From contig JALSSR010000282.1 of assembly GCA_026984135.1 (NCBI GenBank), positions 1,930-65,929 on the forward strand: DNA of 64,000 nt, written 5' to 3'. A program made the translations under genes and the position numbers. The stretch comes from Bacteroidales bacterium. Lineage in GTDB: Bacteria; Bacteroidota; Bacteroidia; Bacteroidales; JAADJA01. Positions 27,614 through 36,951 of this stretch are shown piece by piece; the first letter of the stretch is position 1; each line of letters opens with the position of its first letter. The notes beneath the pieces were generated by a model. That model was not told the origin of the DNA. It saw nothing but the letters and a program-made list of their open reading frames with translations, and made no database searches.

Positions 27614-29225
27614 TTTTAGCCCTCTTTCTTTTTTCTAAATTTTGATTATATAACCATTCAGCATCTATATTAATCATACTGTCAACAGAAATTTTTCTTT
27701 TTTCAGCTTTCTGTCTTATAAAATTATATAATTTTATGTTTGATTTAAAATTATGTTTTATGTAATTGATTGAATCTTCTCTGGTTTTTAATTTTTCAGA
27801 TAACTGTTTAAGTTTTTCTCCTTCTAAAATATCTTTCTTGGAATAGTAAATTCCTTTATGAGCCATTTCATAGCTTGGCATAACCAAATAATTTTTATAC
27901 TCGGGATCTGCTTCGGTTTTTAAAAAATTCAACCAATATGATTCTTTTGTCATTTTGATTGAATCAATTAACCAGTTCTTATATTGCCATGTTTGAAATA
28001 AATTAAGAAAAATAAGAAACAGAAAAACGAAATAAATGAAAGACTTTAAATATTTTTTACGATGGTTAACAAATTTTATAAAAGCGGCATAAGGGATAGC
28101 AAGGATTGCATAAATATCGATCATCGGCCGTTGGCTGAAACTAGAGCCATACCACCATGACCACCAGCAAGACATCACATAAATGAATAAGGGAACGAAT
28201 ATGGCTATTGGAATGGTTGATTTACGTAAATATCTCCATAAAAAAGGAATCCCGGCAATAGCAAAAATCATTATTGGGGTGTAAAGAAGCCACCCTTTTC
28301 TGTAGCTGAATAGGACATTAATTATTTGTGGATTATTAAAGAAAAACGAAGCGTCATTACCATAACTCCAAAAAAGGAAAGAGCCTGCAACTGTTTTCCA
28401 GTACAGAAATTGAGGAATCCAAACTAAAATAAAAATAAAAACCATTATTAAGACAAGGTCGATTTTACTAAAAAAGAAAACAATTCTTTCCTTTAGGTCT
28501 TTCCATGTGATAACACCCCATAAAACAAAAATTATTAATAATAACAAGTTTGTTGGCCTGATTAAAGTAATGAGGCCAAGAAGGAAACCAATAAATGCTG
28601 AGTTTTTTTTGTTAGGATTTCTATACCAGATAATTGTGGTGTAAATAAATACTGATATTAATGAGAAGCTATAAATGTGTGATGTTAAATGAGCTGTTGC
28701 ATAATACAACAGATTTGTTCCCAGAACAATTGAGATAAGTGTAAAAGAGGTTATGTATTCGTTAAAAAATAGTAGTAGTATTTTTCGTAGGAAAAGTAAA
28801 CCAATAAAAAGATAAAATAGCATACTTAACATCAATCCAATTGCATAAACCATTGAGTATCCGTCAGTTTTTTGTCCGGTAATAAATGCCGTGATATGAG
28901 AAACTACAAAAAACGGGCTAATTAAATAAGTAACACCCATTGTAGTTGGTAACAAATAGTTTCCTGTTGGGGTTTTTTTTGGTAAATTATGGAATCTGCT
29001 TTTCAAAGCCATATCTGTTGAGTTATAAAAACTCATTTTAAGATCCTTATAAACAAAAGTGAGTGGCAGATATCCATAATATGATAAACCGTCATTACCA
29101 AAAATCAGATATTGTTTCTTCCAGTCTTGCTGCTTTATGTCAACAAAAATAACAGTTAATAACAATAACCACACTGTAATAAGTGAAATTGACCGCCGTT
29201 TTATGTTAATAAAATTAAAAATCAT
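27603..29225 (-). CDS. polytopic GT-C-like membrane glycosyltransferase (ArnT/PMT-like), hypothetical
   Basis: The track ORF starts at 29276 and overlaps the VTC gene. I prefer the ATG at 29225 (MIFNFINIKRR), 13 nt after the VTC stop. About 12 TM helices, a first extracytoplasmic loop with GNDGLSYYGYLP, and a soluble C-terminal tail. The family call is based on architecture and on pairing with the GtrB-like GT2. Confidence 0.5.
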   Translation of the reverse strand: MIFNFINIKRRSISLITVWLLLLTVIFVDIKQQDWKKQYLIFGNDGLSYYGYLPLTFVYKDLKMSFYNSTDMALKSRFHNLPKKTPTGNYLLPTTMGVTYLISPFFVVSHITAFITGQKTDGYSMVYAIGLMLSMLFYLFIGLLFLRKILLLFFNEYITSFTLISIVLGTNLLYYATAHLTSHIYSFSLISVFIYTTIIWYRNPNKKNSAFIGFLLGLITLIRPTNLLLLIIFVLWGVITWKDLKERIVFFFSKIDLVLIMVFIFILVWIPQFLYWKTVAGSFLFWSYGNDASFFFNNPQIINVLFSYRKGWLLYTPIMIFAIAGIPFLWRYLRKSTIPIAIFVPLFIYVMSCWWSWWYGSSFSQRPMIDIYAILAIPYAAFIKFVNHRKKYLKSFIYFVFLFLIFLNLFQTWQYKNWLIDSIKMTKESYWLNFLKTEADPEYKNYLVMPSYEMAHKGIYYSKKDILEGEKLKQLSEKLKTREDSINYIKHNFKSNIKLYNFIRQKAEKRKISVDSMINIDAEWLYNQNLEKRKRAKNAK

Positions 29226-29238
29226 TATTAATATTGTT

Positions 29239-29943
29239 TTACAAAGCAAGACTTTGCCGGAATATTTCAATACCATTTACATATTTTGAACTTTTAGTCA
29301 TTCTAAATGGAAAGTAATTTGTAATCAGGCTTGCATTATTATCTTCTTCATAGCCGTATTTTAGCTCTACTATTACTGAACTATTGTCCGATTTCATTCT
29401 TAAAAAAGAGTTAAAGGTGCGGTCGACGTGAATATATTTCAATTGATAATCAATAGTTGTTCGGAATAATTTATCGAATGATTGAAAGTATTTTCGCGAA
29501 TATCTGTTTATCAATGCCGGTTCGACTGTAAACAGTTCTTCCCTAACCCATTCAGGTAAGTCCGATTTTTCAAAAACCGCCTTCAGAATATTATGATTGA
29601 AGTTTTTATCTAAAGTAAATCCCGAGAGGGGAAACGAAAGTTTGGTACCTGTTGCACCCGATTTCAGTTTGAATTCAAGCACCGGTTTTTCAACTTTTCC
29701 GAAAAGTTCGCCGTACCATCTTATTCTTATTTTTTTTCGGGTACTCTTTCCAACAACATTATCCAAAAAAAATGTAAGTTTGGGTGTATCAAGATAGATG
29801 TTATTGATAAATCTTTGATGGAAAATTTGTGTAAATCTTGCCGGATTGTGTTTTATGTATGTTTCAGCTCTTACGGGAGAAAAGTTTTGTATGAAAAACT
29901 TTCTCTCATATCTGCTGTTTTTAACTGTTGCCTCTCCTGACAT
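29239..29943 (-). CDS. VTC-domain protein (triphosphate-tunnel / polyphosphate-polymerase-type)
   Basis: Start moved to ATG 29943 (MSGEATVKNSRYERKFFI), 10 nt after the DUF4956 stop. The YERKF first strand, IRIRWY and VIVELKY basic/acidic strands are typical of CYTH/VTC tunnels. No signal peptide. Confidence 0.7.
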   Translation of the reverse strand: MSGEATVKNSRYERKFFIQNFSPVRAETYIKHNPARFTQIFHQRFINNIYLDTPKLTFFLDNVVGKSTRKKIRIRWYGELFGKVEKPVLEFKLKSGATGTKLSFPLSGFTLDKNFNHNILKAVFEKSDLPEWVREELFTVEPALINRYSRKYFQSFDKLFRTTIDYQLKYIHVDRTFNSFLRMKSDNSSVIVELKYGYEEDNNASLITNYFPFRMTKSSKYVNGIEIFRQSLAL

Positions 29944-29953
29944 TGTCCGCCTA

Positions 29954-30637
29954 TTAATAGGTTTTGTTATCAATGAAAGATATTGAAACCGAATCATTGA
30001 GTTTTTGCAGTTCCTGTTTGCAGGATTGCAGTTTCTCTGTTTTATCAATATCTACAAGGAATGAAGCTTCAATAAGTTCTTTGTTTTCATCAAAACGTTT
30101 CAGCTCGGCAGCTTTGAAATACTTTTTAATGATAGCTGTAATATCGTTCAATTGTAAGTCAACCGGGGAGTTGCTTGAGATATTCAAAAAGAGGTTTTGC
30201 TTTGTGTTTTTTCCACGAAGTAAATATCTGATCCACAGTATAATCATCATTACGATAAATGCGGCAACAACTATAAAGCGCTGACTGGCACCCAAACCTA
30301 AACCAATTGAGATGGCAAAAAACAGATATGCAAGCTCTTCCGGTTCTTTTATAGCCGCTCTGAAACGTACTATTGACAATGCACCTACCAGACCTAACGA
30401 AAGCGCAAGTGACGATTTTACAATTGAAATGATAAGCATTGTTGTGAAAGAGATCATCAGGAAGTTGTAGGCAAACATTTTGCGGTTCGACAAGCTGTTG
30501 GCACATTTTGAATATGTATATTCAAGAATAAGTGACAAAATAACTATCAACAACGAGTTGATGAGAAAATCGGGAAGAGATATCTGAGCACTCTCCGTAA
30601 TCATAAACTTTTGAAACAAACTCCATTTATCCTGCAT
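29954..30637 (-). CDS. DUF4956-like membrane protein
   Basis: 227 aa with 3-4 TM helices, including GALSIVRFRAAIKEPEELAYLFFAISIGLGLG, then a soluble C-terminal domain. It sits between the CotH and VTC genes, as I recall for this family. Confidence 0.6.
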   Translation of the reverse strand: MQDKWSLFQKFMITESAQISLPDFLINSLLIVILSLILEYTYSKCANSLSNRKMFAYNFLMISFTTMLIISIVKSSLALSLGLVGALSIVRFRAAIKEPEELAYLFFAISIGLGLGASQRFIVVAAFIVMMIILWIRYLLRGKNTKQNLFLNISSNSPVDLQLNDITAIIKKYFKAAELKRFDENKELIEASFLVDIDKTEKLQSCKQELQKLNDSVSISFIDNKTY

Positions 30638-30671
30638 AATTGTTTATTTTAACTGTAAAAAAACGGCAAAA

Positions 30672-33600
30672 TTACTTTTTATAAAATATATCGGCAACTT
30701 TTTTATTAGTTCCGCTGATTAATGTGTCATTAAGTATTAATTGCGACCCCTCTTCAATGAGGTGTAACGTGTTGTTATTGTGATATATTAATAAGTGAGT
30801 TATGATTGTTGCTTCTCCGAATTCAGGTTTTTTACGGAATGCGGTCATCCCGTAATTACAATTGTGAACCGAAGAGTTAAAAACTTTCACAACCGACTTA
30901 TCTTTTGAAGCAATACCGATATTGCAATTTGAGATGTCGGTATTTTTTACGATGAGATGCGAGTCTTCTCCGCCACTGATTCCTTTGTCCTTTGCCCCGA
31001 AGACTTTTATCGAATCAATTGTGATCTCACTTCCCGAAAAATCAATGGCATCATTCAGTATATTTGTGAAAGTGATTCCGGATGCTTTTCCGGTACAAAA
31101 ATCGGAATCGAAAGCATCGGAAAAGATATTGTCAAACCTGCAACCGGTAACATTAAAATCGGAACGTACTATGTTAATTGCATCTTCGCAGTTATTATTT
31201 TGAATATTGCTGTTTGAGATGTCAACGTCCGATTCATAAAATGTTACGCCTCCGGTTAATATCCAGCCTTTATAATTCAGGGTATTCAGATTATCAAACA
31301 CGGCATAATTTATTTTCGACCTCTCATCAGCCTGCAAAACCGTAAAACCGTTTGCCGTACCGTCAGAAGAGTAAATCTTTACGGGCTTATTTTCAGTTCC
31401 CTCCAAAAAAACCGGCGACCAGGATATTAAAAATGCGCTGTCGGTAAAATCTATTTTTGTTCCCGGTTTAAAAATTACCCTGTATCCTTTCGGAATAATG
31501 ACAGGCGCTGTTATCTTTTGTTCTCCCGAAAATAATATTTCTTTTCCCTCAATTTTAATAAATGCAGTGTTTTTATTAACCGCATATTCTTCTAACAACT
31601 CCTGCCTCGGAGACCACGCTTTCGGATATGGCCATTGGTAAATGGGACTTGTGTATATTTCATCATCACCATAGACCATATAAAACAAAAATGCGGCATT
31701 TGTGTCGGTTGGTATTGTATATGCTTTTTGTGAAAAAACATAACAAGGCACTTCAATTTTAGGGTCTGTTCTAAAAAAAGAGGTTATTCTTTTAGCTTTT
31801 CTCCCTGTCCCCAGAAGTATAACAGGCTTACTGTAAAAATTGTATATATCAATGTATGCCGTATCGTCAGAGATAAATGAAGTGTAGGTTTTAACATAAC
31901 GGTTTGGAGGTATTACAGTTTGTGTAGTGTCAATCTCGGCATTATCAAGAATACTTTTTTTAAAGACTTTTTCGTAGGGAGCTGTATTTTGCAATTTACT
32001 TTTAAGTTTATTAAGATAGGTTCTGATCTTTTTTGCATCGTCAAGTAAAAATGTAGAATCAAAATCATAACCCTTAAATTCTTTTGCTATCTCAGATTCA
32101 TAAAGATTGATTTCATTTTTATATCTGTTCAGGAGGTTTTCTATAAAATCCTTTTTTGAATATTTTTCAAGATAATGCAAATATTTATTGTTAAACACAG
32201 AATCTTTAAAAGGGAAAAAGGGGAAACGCTCCATATTACTTTTCGTTTTGAGTTCGTTAGAAATACCTAAATCGGGTACTTTAAATGGGTTGTAAGGCCC
32301 TTCTCCTGTATAGCAGTCGAATATGACAGGCTCGAGTTGTGATAAAACGGGGTCGTAATAATAACGCCGGTTGTGCCAGGCAATGGAATGATAGCTTTTT
32401 GTTACATTCATTAATGCATAATACTTTGCAAATTTATCAATGTTAAATAATTCGGAAACACCGGTTTTGAAATATGAATATTGCCAAACCAGATTTTGCG
32501 CTATTAAAAATTCCTTTTTCAGGGTAGGGTTGTTCATTGTCCGGTTCAATTTAAAAGGTAAGATCTCGGCAGCAGCATATACCGGCATTTTCTTATATAC
32601 TCCTGTCTGGCTTATCCTTATCCATTCCCAGAATCCGTCTTCGTCAAGTTTTAATATAGGCCCCTCTCTCCTTTTTCTCGACTCTACAAGTTGCTTGTCG
32701 AAGTGCTCCTCATAAGCATAAATACCCAGACTTTTATTGTTAAGATAAACGGGTATAAAGCCATATCTTGTAGTTAGCAAATTCTCATCTTCAAAAAGTT
32801 TGTGTGCAAGCCATTCATTAACGAAGAAGCGTGTTGCCGGAGTTTGGATTGAAAACGTTCTCATCCCTCTCCACGAATATTTTTTACTGAGCTTTATGCG
32901 AAATGACCACTTTATTCCTTCAAGATGATCGAGCCAGTCGCCTTTCAGCCTTACTTTTGCTTTCATCATCTTGTCACCCGAAAATAGTATTGCCCTGACC
33001 CAGTCATCATCCGTTGATTCAAGTACACCGTTTTCAAATGCTCTGTTGCGGATTTTATAAAGCTTTTCCATATAGACACTGTCAATAAAAATCTTTAACG
33101 GCTCGTCGAAATCAAATTCAGGATAATCAATGGTTTTTCTTTTTATTATAGTATAATCATCAATATAAACAGGTTTTTTTGAAATGTTCCAGAAATAGAT
33201 TTTCATATCTCTGCCTCTCATTTTTTCAGGAATCTGAAATTCAACTGCAAGATGCTTCCAACCGGCTGAATCAACCTCAAAGTATTTTTTTTGAGTTTTA
33301 TAGAAGAATTTAGGATCCTTGTCTGTTGCTACCAGAATAGCCCCGTTACCTCCATCAGGTATATATTCCCAAGCGTCAATAAAGTAAAAGTCACCCGGTT
33401 TTGAGTTTTTGATAATATCTGAAAATCCAAATTCTTTATCAAGTTTTAATGAATATTTTCCTGTCCTGGAATGAATATCGCTTCTTAAAGCTCCGTCGTT
33501 AAAAGTAATGGAAGAGTCCGTTTCCGAGATAAAATATTTTCCATCAGGGGTTAACAACTCCATTCTACAAATAACCGGTTCATCATATTTCGCTCCGGGA

Positions 33601-33689
33601 TTATTGTTAAAGTACCCGCATCCCGGGGCCAAAACCATTGCTATTAAGCCGGTTATCAAAAAAGTGATATTAAAAAATTTATTTTTCAT
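30672..33689 (-). CDS. CotH kinase-family lipoprotein with N-terminal CBM-like domain and C-terminal parallel beta-helix repeats
   Basis: 1005 aa. Lipobox ..MVLAPGC. CotH blocks KVRLKGDWLDHLEGIKWSFRIKL, VNEWLAHKLF, PVYLNNKSLGIYAYEEH and YHSIAWHNRRYYYDP..VIFD. The tail carries repeated N/D-rich PbH1-like turns (NNNCEDAINI.., DAFDSDF.., NDAIDFSGS.., ISNCNIGIAS..). Confidence 0.8.
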   Translation of the reverse strand: MKNKFFNITFLITGLIAMVLAPGCGYFNNNPGAKYDEPVICRMELLTPDGKYFISETDSSITFNDGALRSDIHSRTGKYSLKLDKEFGFSDIIKNSKPGDFYFIDAWEYIPDGGNGAILVATDKDPKFFYKTQKKYFEVDSAGWKHLAVEFQIPEKMRGRDMKIYFWNISKKPVYIDDYTIIKRKTIDYPEFDFDEPLKIFIDSVYMEKLYKIRNRAFENGVLESTDDDWVRAILFSGDKMMKAKVRLKGDWLDHLEGIKWSFRIKLSKKYSWRGMRTFSIQTPATRFFVNEWLAHKLFEDENLLTTRYGFIPVYLNNKSLGIYAYEEHFDKQLVESRKRREGPILKLDEDGFWEWIRISQTGVYKKMPVYAAAEILPFKLNRTMNNPTLKKEFLIAQNLVWQYSYFKTGVSELFNIDKFAKYYALMNVTKSYHSIAWHNRRYYYDPVLSQLEPVIFDCYTGEGPYNPFKVPDLGISNELKTKSNMERFPFFPFKDSVFNNKYLHYLEKYSKKDFIENLLNRYKNEINLYESEIAKEFKGYDFDSTFLLDDAKKIRTYLNKLKSKLQNTAPYEKVFKKSILDNAEIDTTQTVIPPNRYVKTYTSFISDDTAYIDIYNFYSKPVILLGTGRKAKRITSFFRTDPKIEVPCYVFSQKAYTIPTDTNAAFLFYMVYGDDEIYTSPIYQWPYPKAWSPRQELLEEYAVNKNTAFIKIEGKEILFSGEQKITAPVIIPKGYRVIFKPGTKIDFTDSAFLISWSPVFLEGTENKPVKIYSSDGTANGFTVLQADERSKINYAVFDNLNTLNYKGWILTGGVTFYESDVDISNSNIQNNNCEDAINIVRSDFNVTGCRFDNIFSDAFDSDFCTGKASGITFTNILNDAIDFSGSEITIDSIKVFGAKDKGISGGEDSHLIVKNTDISNCNIGIASKDKSVVKVFNSSVHNCNYGMTAFRKKPEFGEATIITHLLIYHNNNTLHLIEEGSQLILNDTLISGTNKKVADIFYKK

Positions 33690-33697
33690 TGCGGCTG

Positions 33698-33705
33698 CAA
33701 AAGTA
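33698..33705 (-). promoter_or_regulatory. Bacteroidota -7 promoter box (TAnnTTTG)
   Basis: The minus strand reads TACTTTTG, only 8 nt upstream of the CotH ATG at 33689 (near-leaderless if real). Confidence 0.35.
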
Positions 33706-33756
33706 ACTAATTGTAGAAAAAATATAACTTTTAAATTGCGATTGAGTTAATTATTA

Positions 33757-33764
33757 TACATTTG
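33757..33764 (+). promoter_or_regulatory. Bacteroidota -7 promoter box (TAnnTTTG)
   Basis: TACATTTG, 32 nt upstream of the topA ATG at 33797. Confidence 0.45.
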
Positions 33765-33796
33765 CACGATTTTTTGAAATTAAATAGTATAGTATA

Positions 33797-36124
33797 ATGG
33801 CTGAAAACCTTGTAATAGTCGAGTCGCCTGCCAAGGCAAAAACAATAGAAAAGTTTCTGGGAAAAGATTTCATTGTGAAATCCAGTTTCGGACATATTCG
33901 CGATCTTTCTCCAAAGGATTTGAGTGTTGATGTTGATCACGATTTCAAACCGCAGTATGAAATTCCGTCGGACAAGAAAAAAACGGTTGCTGAGCTTAAG
34001 AAACTTGCCAAGAAAGCAAAGACAGTATGGCTCGCAACTGATGAGGACCGCGAAGGGGAAGCTATATCCTGGCACCTTGCGGAGGCTCTCGGGCTGAGTG
34101 ATGAAAAAACAAAAAGAATTGTTTTTCACGAAATTACAAAAAGTGCAATCCTTGATGCTGTTGAGAATCCTCGCGGCATTGATTATCATCTTGTTGATGC
34201 ACAACAGGCACGCCGTGTACTTGACAGGCTGGTTGGGTTTGAACTTTCACCCGTTTTGTGGAAAAAGGTGAAACCTGCCCTTTCTGCCGGAAGGGTTCAA
34301 TCGGTGGCAGTGCGTCTTATTGTTGAAAGAGAGGAGGAGATAAAGAATTTTAAGCCGGAATCTTCTTACAAAGTAACAGCTGTTTTTGAAATTAAAAAGG
34401 ATGGCGGTACTTCTAATGTTGAAGCGGAACTTCAAAACCGTTTTAAAACTAAAAAAGAGGCTGTTGCCTTTCTGCAAAAATGTATTTCTGCCCAATACAC
34501 TATTGAATCGGTGGAGAAAAAGCCTGCAAAAAAATCTCCGGCACCTCCGTTTACAACGTCAACATTACAACAGGAGGCCAGCCGTAAGCTTGGTTTTTCA
34601 GTATCAAAAACAATGGTGATTGCCCAGCAACTCTATGAATCGGGAAAAATTACCTATATGAGAACGGACTCGGTCAACCTTTCCAATCTTGCTATAGGAA
34701 TGGCTAAAAAAGTTATTGCCGGAACTTATGGAGAAGATTATGTTAAGACGAGAAAATATAAAACAAAATCTAAATCGGCACAGGAAGCACACGAAGCTAT
34801 AAGGCCTACATATCTTGATAATCAGACGATTTCGGGTGACAGTTCACAACAAAGACTTTACGAATTGATCTGGAAAAGGACAATTGCTTCTCAAATGAGT
34901 GATGCTCAGTTGGAGAAGACTACCATAAAAATCGGTGTTTCTACGGCTGGTGAAAAGTTTATTGCAAGAGGTGAAGTTATTAAATTTGACGGCTTTTTGA
35001 AGGTTTATATGGAATCAACAGACGATGAAGATTCATCTGAATCAACAAAAGGCCTGTTGCCTCCTGTAAAAGTCGGAGAAAAACTAAATGCAAAAGAGAT
35101 TTATGCAATTCAAAGATTTACACAGTCACCTCCGAGATATACTGAGGCCAGCCTCGTGAAAAAACTTGAAGAGCTTGGAATCGGAAGACCTTCGACTTAT
35201 GCCCCGACAATTTCAACTATTCAGAAGAGGGGATATGTAGAAAAAGCCGACAAGAAGGGAACGGAACGAAAATATGATTTTATCTCCCTGTCCGACGGAA
35301 AAATAAAAGAAGAGGTTAAAAAAGAAAAAACAGGCTATGAAAAGGCAAAATTATTCCCGACTGATATCGGTACGATTGTAAATAATTTCTTAGTTCAGTA
35401 TTTTGACAAGGTACTGGATTATAATTTTACAGCAGGTGTTGAGAAAGAGTTTGATGAAATAGCCGAGGGGAAAAAAGCCTGGAATGAAATGATAAAGGAG
35501 TTTTACAAACCTTTTCATGATAACGTTGAGGAAACACTTGAGAAATCGAAGAAGCAAAGTGGCGAGAGATTGCTGGGACAAGACCCCGAAACAGGGAAGA
35601 ATGTTTTTGCAAAAATTGGCAGATATGGTCCAATTGTTCAGATAGGTGAGTCGAATGATGAGGAAAAACCGAAGTTCGCCGGACTTAAAAAGGGCAGAAG
35701 CATTGAGGACGTTACCCTTGAGGAGGCTCTTGATATGTTCAAACTACCTCGTACAATTGGCAAATATGAAGATGAAGATATGGTTGTTGCCATTGGTAGA
35801 TTCGGTCCCTATGTAAGACATGCAGGTAAATTTTATGCCCTCGGTAAGACAGATGATCCTATTACCGTAACTCCCGAAAGAGCTATTGAGATAATTGAAG
35901 CAAAACGCAAAGCCGACAAGGAGAAAACAATTAAGGAGTTTAAGGAAGATCCTTCTTTGAAAATTCTGAATGGCCGATACGGTGCATATATTTCAAAAGA
36001 TAAAAAGAATTACAGAATACCGAAAAACAAAGATCCGAAGGAGCTGACACTTGAAGAGTGCCTCGAAATTATTGAAAAGGCTCCCAAGAAAACAAATACC
36101 GGTGGTAAAAGGAGAAAAAAGTAG
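33797..36124 (+). CDS. topA: DNA topoisomerase I
   Basis: 775 aa. LVIVESPAKAKTIEKFLG Toprim start, ATDEDREGEAISWH, the active-site region ITYMRTDS, and a lysine-rich C-terminus. Confidence 0.95.
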   Translation: MAENLVIVESPAKAKTIEKFLGKDFIVKSSFGHIRDLSPKDLSVDVDHDFKPQYEIPSDKKKTVAELKKLAKKAKTVWLATDEDREGEAISWHLAEALGLSDEKTKRIVFHEITKSAILDAVENPRGIDYHLVDAQQARRVLDRLVGFELSPVLWKKVKPALSAGRVQSVAVRLIVEREEEIKNFKPESSYKVTAVFEIKKDGGTSNVEAELQNRFKTKKEAVAFLQKCISAQYTIESVEKKPAKKSPAPPFTTSTLQQEASRKLGFSVSKTMVIAQQLYESGKITYMRTDSVNLSNLAIGMAKKVIAGTYGEDYVKTRKYKTKSKSAQEAHEAIRPTYLDNQTISGDSSQQRLYELIWKRTIASQMSDAQLEKTTIKIGVSTAGEKFIARGEVIKFDGFLKVYMESTDDEDSSESTKGLLPPVKVGEKLNAKEIYAIQRFTQSPPRYTEASLVKKLEELGIGRPSTYAPTISTIQKRGYVEKADKKGTERKYDFISLSDGKIKEEVKKEKTGYEKAKLFPTDIGTIVNNFLVQYFDKVLDYNFTAGVEKEFDEIAEGKKAWNEMIKEFYKPFHDNVEETLEKSKKQSGERLLGQDPETGKNVFAKIGRYGPIVQIGESNDEEKPKFAGLKKGRSIEDVTLEEALDMFKLPRTIGKYEDEDMVVAIGRFGPYVRHAGKFYALGKTDDPITVTPERAIEIIEAKRKADKEKTIKEFKEDPSLKILNGRYGAYISKDKKNYRIPKNKDPKELTLEECLEIIEKAPKKTNTGGKRRKK

Positions 36125-36170
36125 ATTATTCTTATATTACTAATTTATTGTTAATTAAAAAATTAAGAAA

Positions 36171-36707
36171 ATGAAAAAAATTGCATTACTGATTGTTTTT
36201 GGTGTTTTCGCCTTTACACTTAACGCTCAAAAAATTATGGAAAAAGGCGATGTAATGATAAATGCCGGAATTGGTGAACTTTCCAGTTATGGCTTGATAC
36301 CTTCAATAAATGCAAGCGTTGAGTTCGGAGTTATTCCGACAGGTGATGTGGGAATTGTTACTTTCGGCGGTATCACGGCTTTTCAGCTTGGTTATGACAG
36401 CTATTATTTGTATGGTTATCCGGATGAATCTTATACTTATACCGTATTTGTGTTTGGCGGCAGAGCCTCCTGGCACCTTCAAACTTTTGAAAGTGATAAA
36501 TGGGATGTATATGCCGGTGCCGGTTTGGGTGTGAAGATGAAATCAGGTTATGAGGTTTACGGATATAAATATGACAGTTGGACAGGTGTCTATGGAGAAT
36601 CTTATGTAGGAGGCCGTATGATGTTCACGAAATCTTTCGGACTCTTCGGAGAGGTCGGATACGGAACCCTTTCAGCAGTAAAATTCGGAGTTACTTTCGG
36701 ATTCTAA
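36171..36707 (+). CDS. small outer-membrane beta-barrel protein (hypothetical)
   Basis: 178 aa. Signal peptide ending LNAQ. Alternating aromatic/glycine beta-strand pattern. C-terminal ..KFGVTFGF with a terminal Phe. Confidence 0.6.
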   Translation: MKKIALLIVFGVFAFTLNAQKIMEKGDVMINAGIGELSSYGLIPSINASVEFGVIPTGDVGIVTFGGITAFQLGYDSYYLYGYPDESYTYTVFVFGGRASWHLQTFESDKWDVYAGAGLGVKMKSGYEVYGYKYDSWTGVYGESYVGGRMMFTKSFGLFGEVGYGTLSAVKFGVTFGF

Positions 36708-36727
36708 GCGTAACTGAAAATATTTTG

Positions 36728-36761
36728 AAACTCCCTGTTCTTTTGAGTAGGGAGTTTTTTT
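36728..36761 (+). terminator. intrinsic terminator
   Basis: AAACTCCCT (36728-36736) pairs with AGGGAGTTT (36749-36757) across a 12-nt loop. It runs into a T tract ending at 36761, 21 nt after the stop. Confidence 0.7.
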
Positions 36762-36951
36762 GCCATAAAATCATTCTCAGACTTCGTTGGGAATAGCATT
36801 GGAGTAATGTTAAAACCTGAAATATCAAAATTCGGCAACTCAACTTCCCGAATTAAATTTTTTTATAACTTTTGTAATTTTGGGGTGGTTTAGGTCATAG
36901 AATACATTTGAAGTTATCAACAGGGAAAACTTTTTGGAATTTATATAACTT

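Noticed and set aside
29944-30048. 35-codon N-terminal extension of the VTC ORF (track start 30048) and 17-codon extension of the GT-C ORF (track start 29276)
   Set aside because: The extensions would overlap the upstream genes by 95 and 38 nt and encode Cys/Asn/Arg-rich peptides untypical of these families. Internal ATGs at 29943 and 29225 give short positive spacers and canonical N-termini.
33731-34204. 157-aa minus-strand ORF spanning the cotH/topA intergenic region and the topA 5' end
   Set aside because: It overlaps the strongly supported topA N-terminus (Toprim motifs) and both predicted -7 boxes. Its translation has no recognisable features.
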